64,000 nt of DNA, taken from positions 19,656,001-19,720,000 of the forward strand of contig OZ076409.1 in NCBI GenBank assembly GCA_964187785.1, in the 5' to 3' direction. This DNA comes from Amphiscolops sp. MND2022. Its lineage: Eukaryota. Shown here one piece after another: positions 60,601 to 64,000 of the stretch. Each line of letters opens with the position of its first letter. Position 1 is the stretch's first letter. Made by a program: the position numbers and the translations under genes. Below the pieces are notes generated by a model. It was not told the origin of the DNA. It made no database searches and worked only from the letters and a program-made list of their open reading frames with translations.

Positions 60601-63600
60601 TCAAGTTAGGTATACCGTCAGTAAAATTTTACAAAGATGGAAAATTTCCCCATGGATTGAAAAAGGCGGGGTTGAAATTAAGCCCAAGTTATGGTGCATT
60701 AGGCTAATGATCAATGAAGCCATTTCCCCAACAGTTTTTATGTGCTGCAATATGGACATAGGCGAGGCACATACTATTTACGATTTATAGCTTGCTTTGA
60801 TGGATAGATGAAATAAATGGTCTTTGTTCCTTCTCTTTACCTTCTCTGAACACAATCAAATGAACGCTTTTAGAAAGTGAAAGAAGCTGAAACAAAAACT
60901 TGGTGCTGGTATAATCCAAAAAAATAATCCCTGCAAAAATTTCGAGAAACGTTCACTTGAAAGGTGAGTTTCATAAAGCAATGATGTCTATTCGTACAAT
61001 GTTGCAAGGTTCGAATGTCAGCTTATGATTGGCTTGACTTGGACACTTACAAAACAGGGGGGTTTAAGCTGTCCGCCCTCAGAGTAAGCTGCATCTCAGA
61101 GACTAACTAAACGTTACGTGATAATGATGTAACATCAACCTTTTTCTCAAAGGCGAAGCTGCTATCATCTGTCCGGAAGAGTTTCAAAAGCCGTAATTTG
61201 TATCAAAGCCTCTCCAATCGTAAGTAGTGATTACATTGTGAGACAGCGAGCAGAATGATGTCTGACAATGCAACAAAAAACTATTTTGACAGCTAAGTAC
61301 CTGCTACTGTACGAGATGAAAACAGACAGCTTTACAGTTCTGAGAAGAATTGACACATGAAGCAAAACTATTTGAATCAAAAAGCATTAAACCTGAAAAA
61401 GTACTGAAATTCGAATGAGCCACACAAAAGATTCTTCAAATTTATAGTCTAAAAGTTGTTAAAACTATGTAGTTTAAAAGGATGTTTGTCACCAAAATAA
61501 TGGGAATTTAGAACTTTTTCATTCTTTCTGAACTCTTCTCTCTGATCTCGAAAAATCACTTCCATTCTTAATTTTAATGAATCGAAAAAATTGTTACCCG
61601 CCAAAAGTATCTTTTCAACTGTAGAAACCTAAAATGGCCGCAAAAACAAAAAAACGTTTTCTGACAAACTAATTCCGAAAACTTTTGTGGATAGGAACTT
61701 CCATTGACATGATCATTGAAACAATAGGGCATTCGAAACACAATTTGCGAAAGAATGTGAAATAAAGTTCCTCGAAATTGACAACAAAGGTGCCAAAAAT
61801 CCCGAATTTTCTCAATTTTGAACAACATAGTCCCAATTTATACACTTTGCGAAATAGTCCATTAATTACAAAATCCATAGGCTCAAGATTGAAACGTGAA
61901 GCTACTGGTAGTGTTTCAAAGATGCATTGGACAAATTTATGTGCAAAATTTCCAAAAACTAAACTCGAAAACGTTAAATTCCTTTTCGACACCTTCTTTG
62001 TCAAATATTTCATATCCAATGAGCACCAAGGATAATCACCACCGATGCAGTACGCCTTCCAAAAAATGTTTCTGCAATTTCCCACATAGGAAGAAAACCT
62101 CATAGTGACCCAAAAATCAACAAATTGCTTTGTTTTTTTGCAACTTTTCTACAGTTTTCGAACTGGGTATTGATTGACGACAGAACTCGGTATGCCTTAG
62201 GCTTTTTAGAAAAAAACTGTAGGTTTTTGTTAGATAAATTCCTCAAATTGATCTCAAAGTTGTCAAAAAGATCTAAGTTTTCCAATTTTTGACATTTTTG
62301 ACGTTATATGTAAAATTATAGCATGCCGAGACCAGGACAAGTCGGAGCCCGCTCAAGTTTCCTATGTATGCTATGGACATTATTTTCAAGTTTTGTTTCA
62401 GTTTCTCGGTACCAAAAATACTTCAAGAGTTACACCTGAGACTCGGAAACCACTTTCTCCAACTGGAAATATAAAAAAATCGGAATAGTCCTATACTTTC
62501 TACACTGAATTTAGCTATGAGAACGCCCTTTGACCAAATGAAAGTTTCGGAGAGACACAGAACCAGAAAAAAGCTGAAAAAAGTCATTGTCCACAATCTT
62601 TAAGAAAACTCATCAGTTCCACAGAATCAAAAAGCAACGAAGACGTCACCCTCAAGACTGGGGAAACATATTTCCTTCACCGATATCCTCAAAAAACCAA
62701 AACTTACGTTAACCAAGAAATCCGCTTTAACCACTAGGCCAAGTGCAGTGTGAAGTTACCTGAAAGGTTGAAGATCTTTTGGTAGATATATTTTGGACTG
62801 ATCAGGTGTATAGAATAAAAAGCTGACGAAAAGCCATGACTATATTTTATCGCTAAAATCCCGTTCTGTCTCTGAATTTGGATGTTACCAATTAGACCAA
62901 GAGCCAATTGATTTGTTCCTTTGGAGTTTGCAGAGAGGTGCATTTGACGTATTGATTTCGAATGACCTGAATAAAATTCAGAACTCAGACTCGTCTTCAA
63001 AAAGCATACCATGGAATTCCATGCAACATGGTTGCAGCATGGAAATACATGGTATTTCATTTTGATAGTTTCAGTTTTGATATTTTAAGTGGACAAGTGG
63101 CTCAATGAAACACCAGTGAATAATACTTAACACTATTTCTGTACTTTCTGCTGCATTAGCATATCTCGCGAGGTTTTTTAATTACATATAAATTGATGTT
63201 ATCGCGATGTTCAAAACTGCGTGGATATGAAATATTGCCGTATATACTGGTGAGAACTTTCAACTTTGATTAAACGACTTTTCGAAAACACTTTACCTTT
63301 CTGTTCTGTGAAGTTTCATAATGCACTTTCATTGAAGTAGTTCAAAAAAATACACCGGAATCAACGACGTAGAATCACAGAAACTAAACTAACATTACCA
63401 TTCAGTAGATGATTATTTGAGCTTTCATAGTCTTATTGATTTTCTTTAGTAGCGAAGCATGACGATTTTCAACATAACTAATTTGAAAAATGAGCGACTT
63501 CAGATTTATCCGTATGAAATTTACGCCTCCACCTAGTTATAACTTTGCTTTACAGAAAAGAATGTTAAATGGTTTGAGGCATTGATCTAAATTTAAGGTC

Positions 63601-64000
63601 TCTAAACTCAAGGCATCGGGTGAACGATCGAAAGGCAGTACTTCTACGTATAAGTTGAACGTTAAAGTGGTTAAAGTATAAGATACTAGGAAAAATAACC
63701 GTTACATCGCTGACTTTATCAAGTTTTCTAGATGTTGTCGAAGGTTTTTTGGAACGTTGCCCCAAAGTTGGATATTGAAACTCTTATAACATCAATTTTG
63801 ATTAAAATGTGAAGAACTTGCAGTGGCGCGAAATGCATTCCAGCTCAACATTTAATTTAGAGGCCTTTTCTTATGTACGAACATTAAAAAAAATTGTACC
63901 AGCAAAAATGCGGGCTTCCGTATTTTCCGCCCTGGAAGTATTGAACGGTCATGTGAAACATCTAAAATAAAATCTCAGCTGGAGTTGTATTCTAATAATA

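Noticed and set aside
62734..63060. 108-aa - strand ORF with possible AG/GT boundaries
   Set aside because: No recognisable motif or partner exons, and it lacks the GC enrichment seen in the real exons.

Overview
AT-rich, repeat-dense eukaryotic (invertebrate animal) genomic DNA with one 200-N gap (31860-32059). One host gene is clear: an SV2/SVOP-like MFS transporter on the + strand. Six of its coding exons can be joined with phase-consistent GT-AG junctions (30904-50027); its last exon(s) were not found in the window. Most of the rest is transposon-derived: a BEL/Pao fragment at the left edge; an ~8.55-kb LTR-bounded element on the - strand (paired ~780-bp LTRs, PBS, PPT) with no recognisable RT or integrase but a broken AT-hook ORF and three diverged ~720-bp repeats; a decayed Gypsy element; a full-length piggyBac (TTAA TSD, TIRs) whose transposase carries an extra Cys-rich N-terminal region; a 1.55-kb solo LTR (ATAGG TSD) with a >200-codon ORF inside it; several Helentron/DINE-1-like (HINE) elements; several MITE/foldback elements; and two spacer-less palindromes next to the gap. 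All identities were judged by eye; no searches were run.
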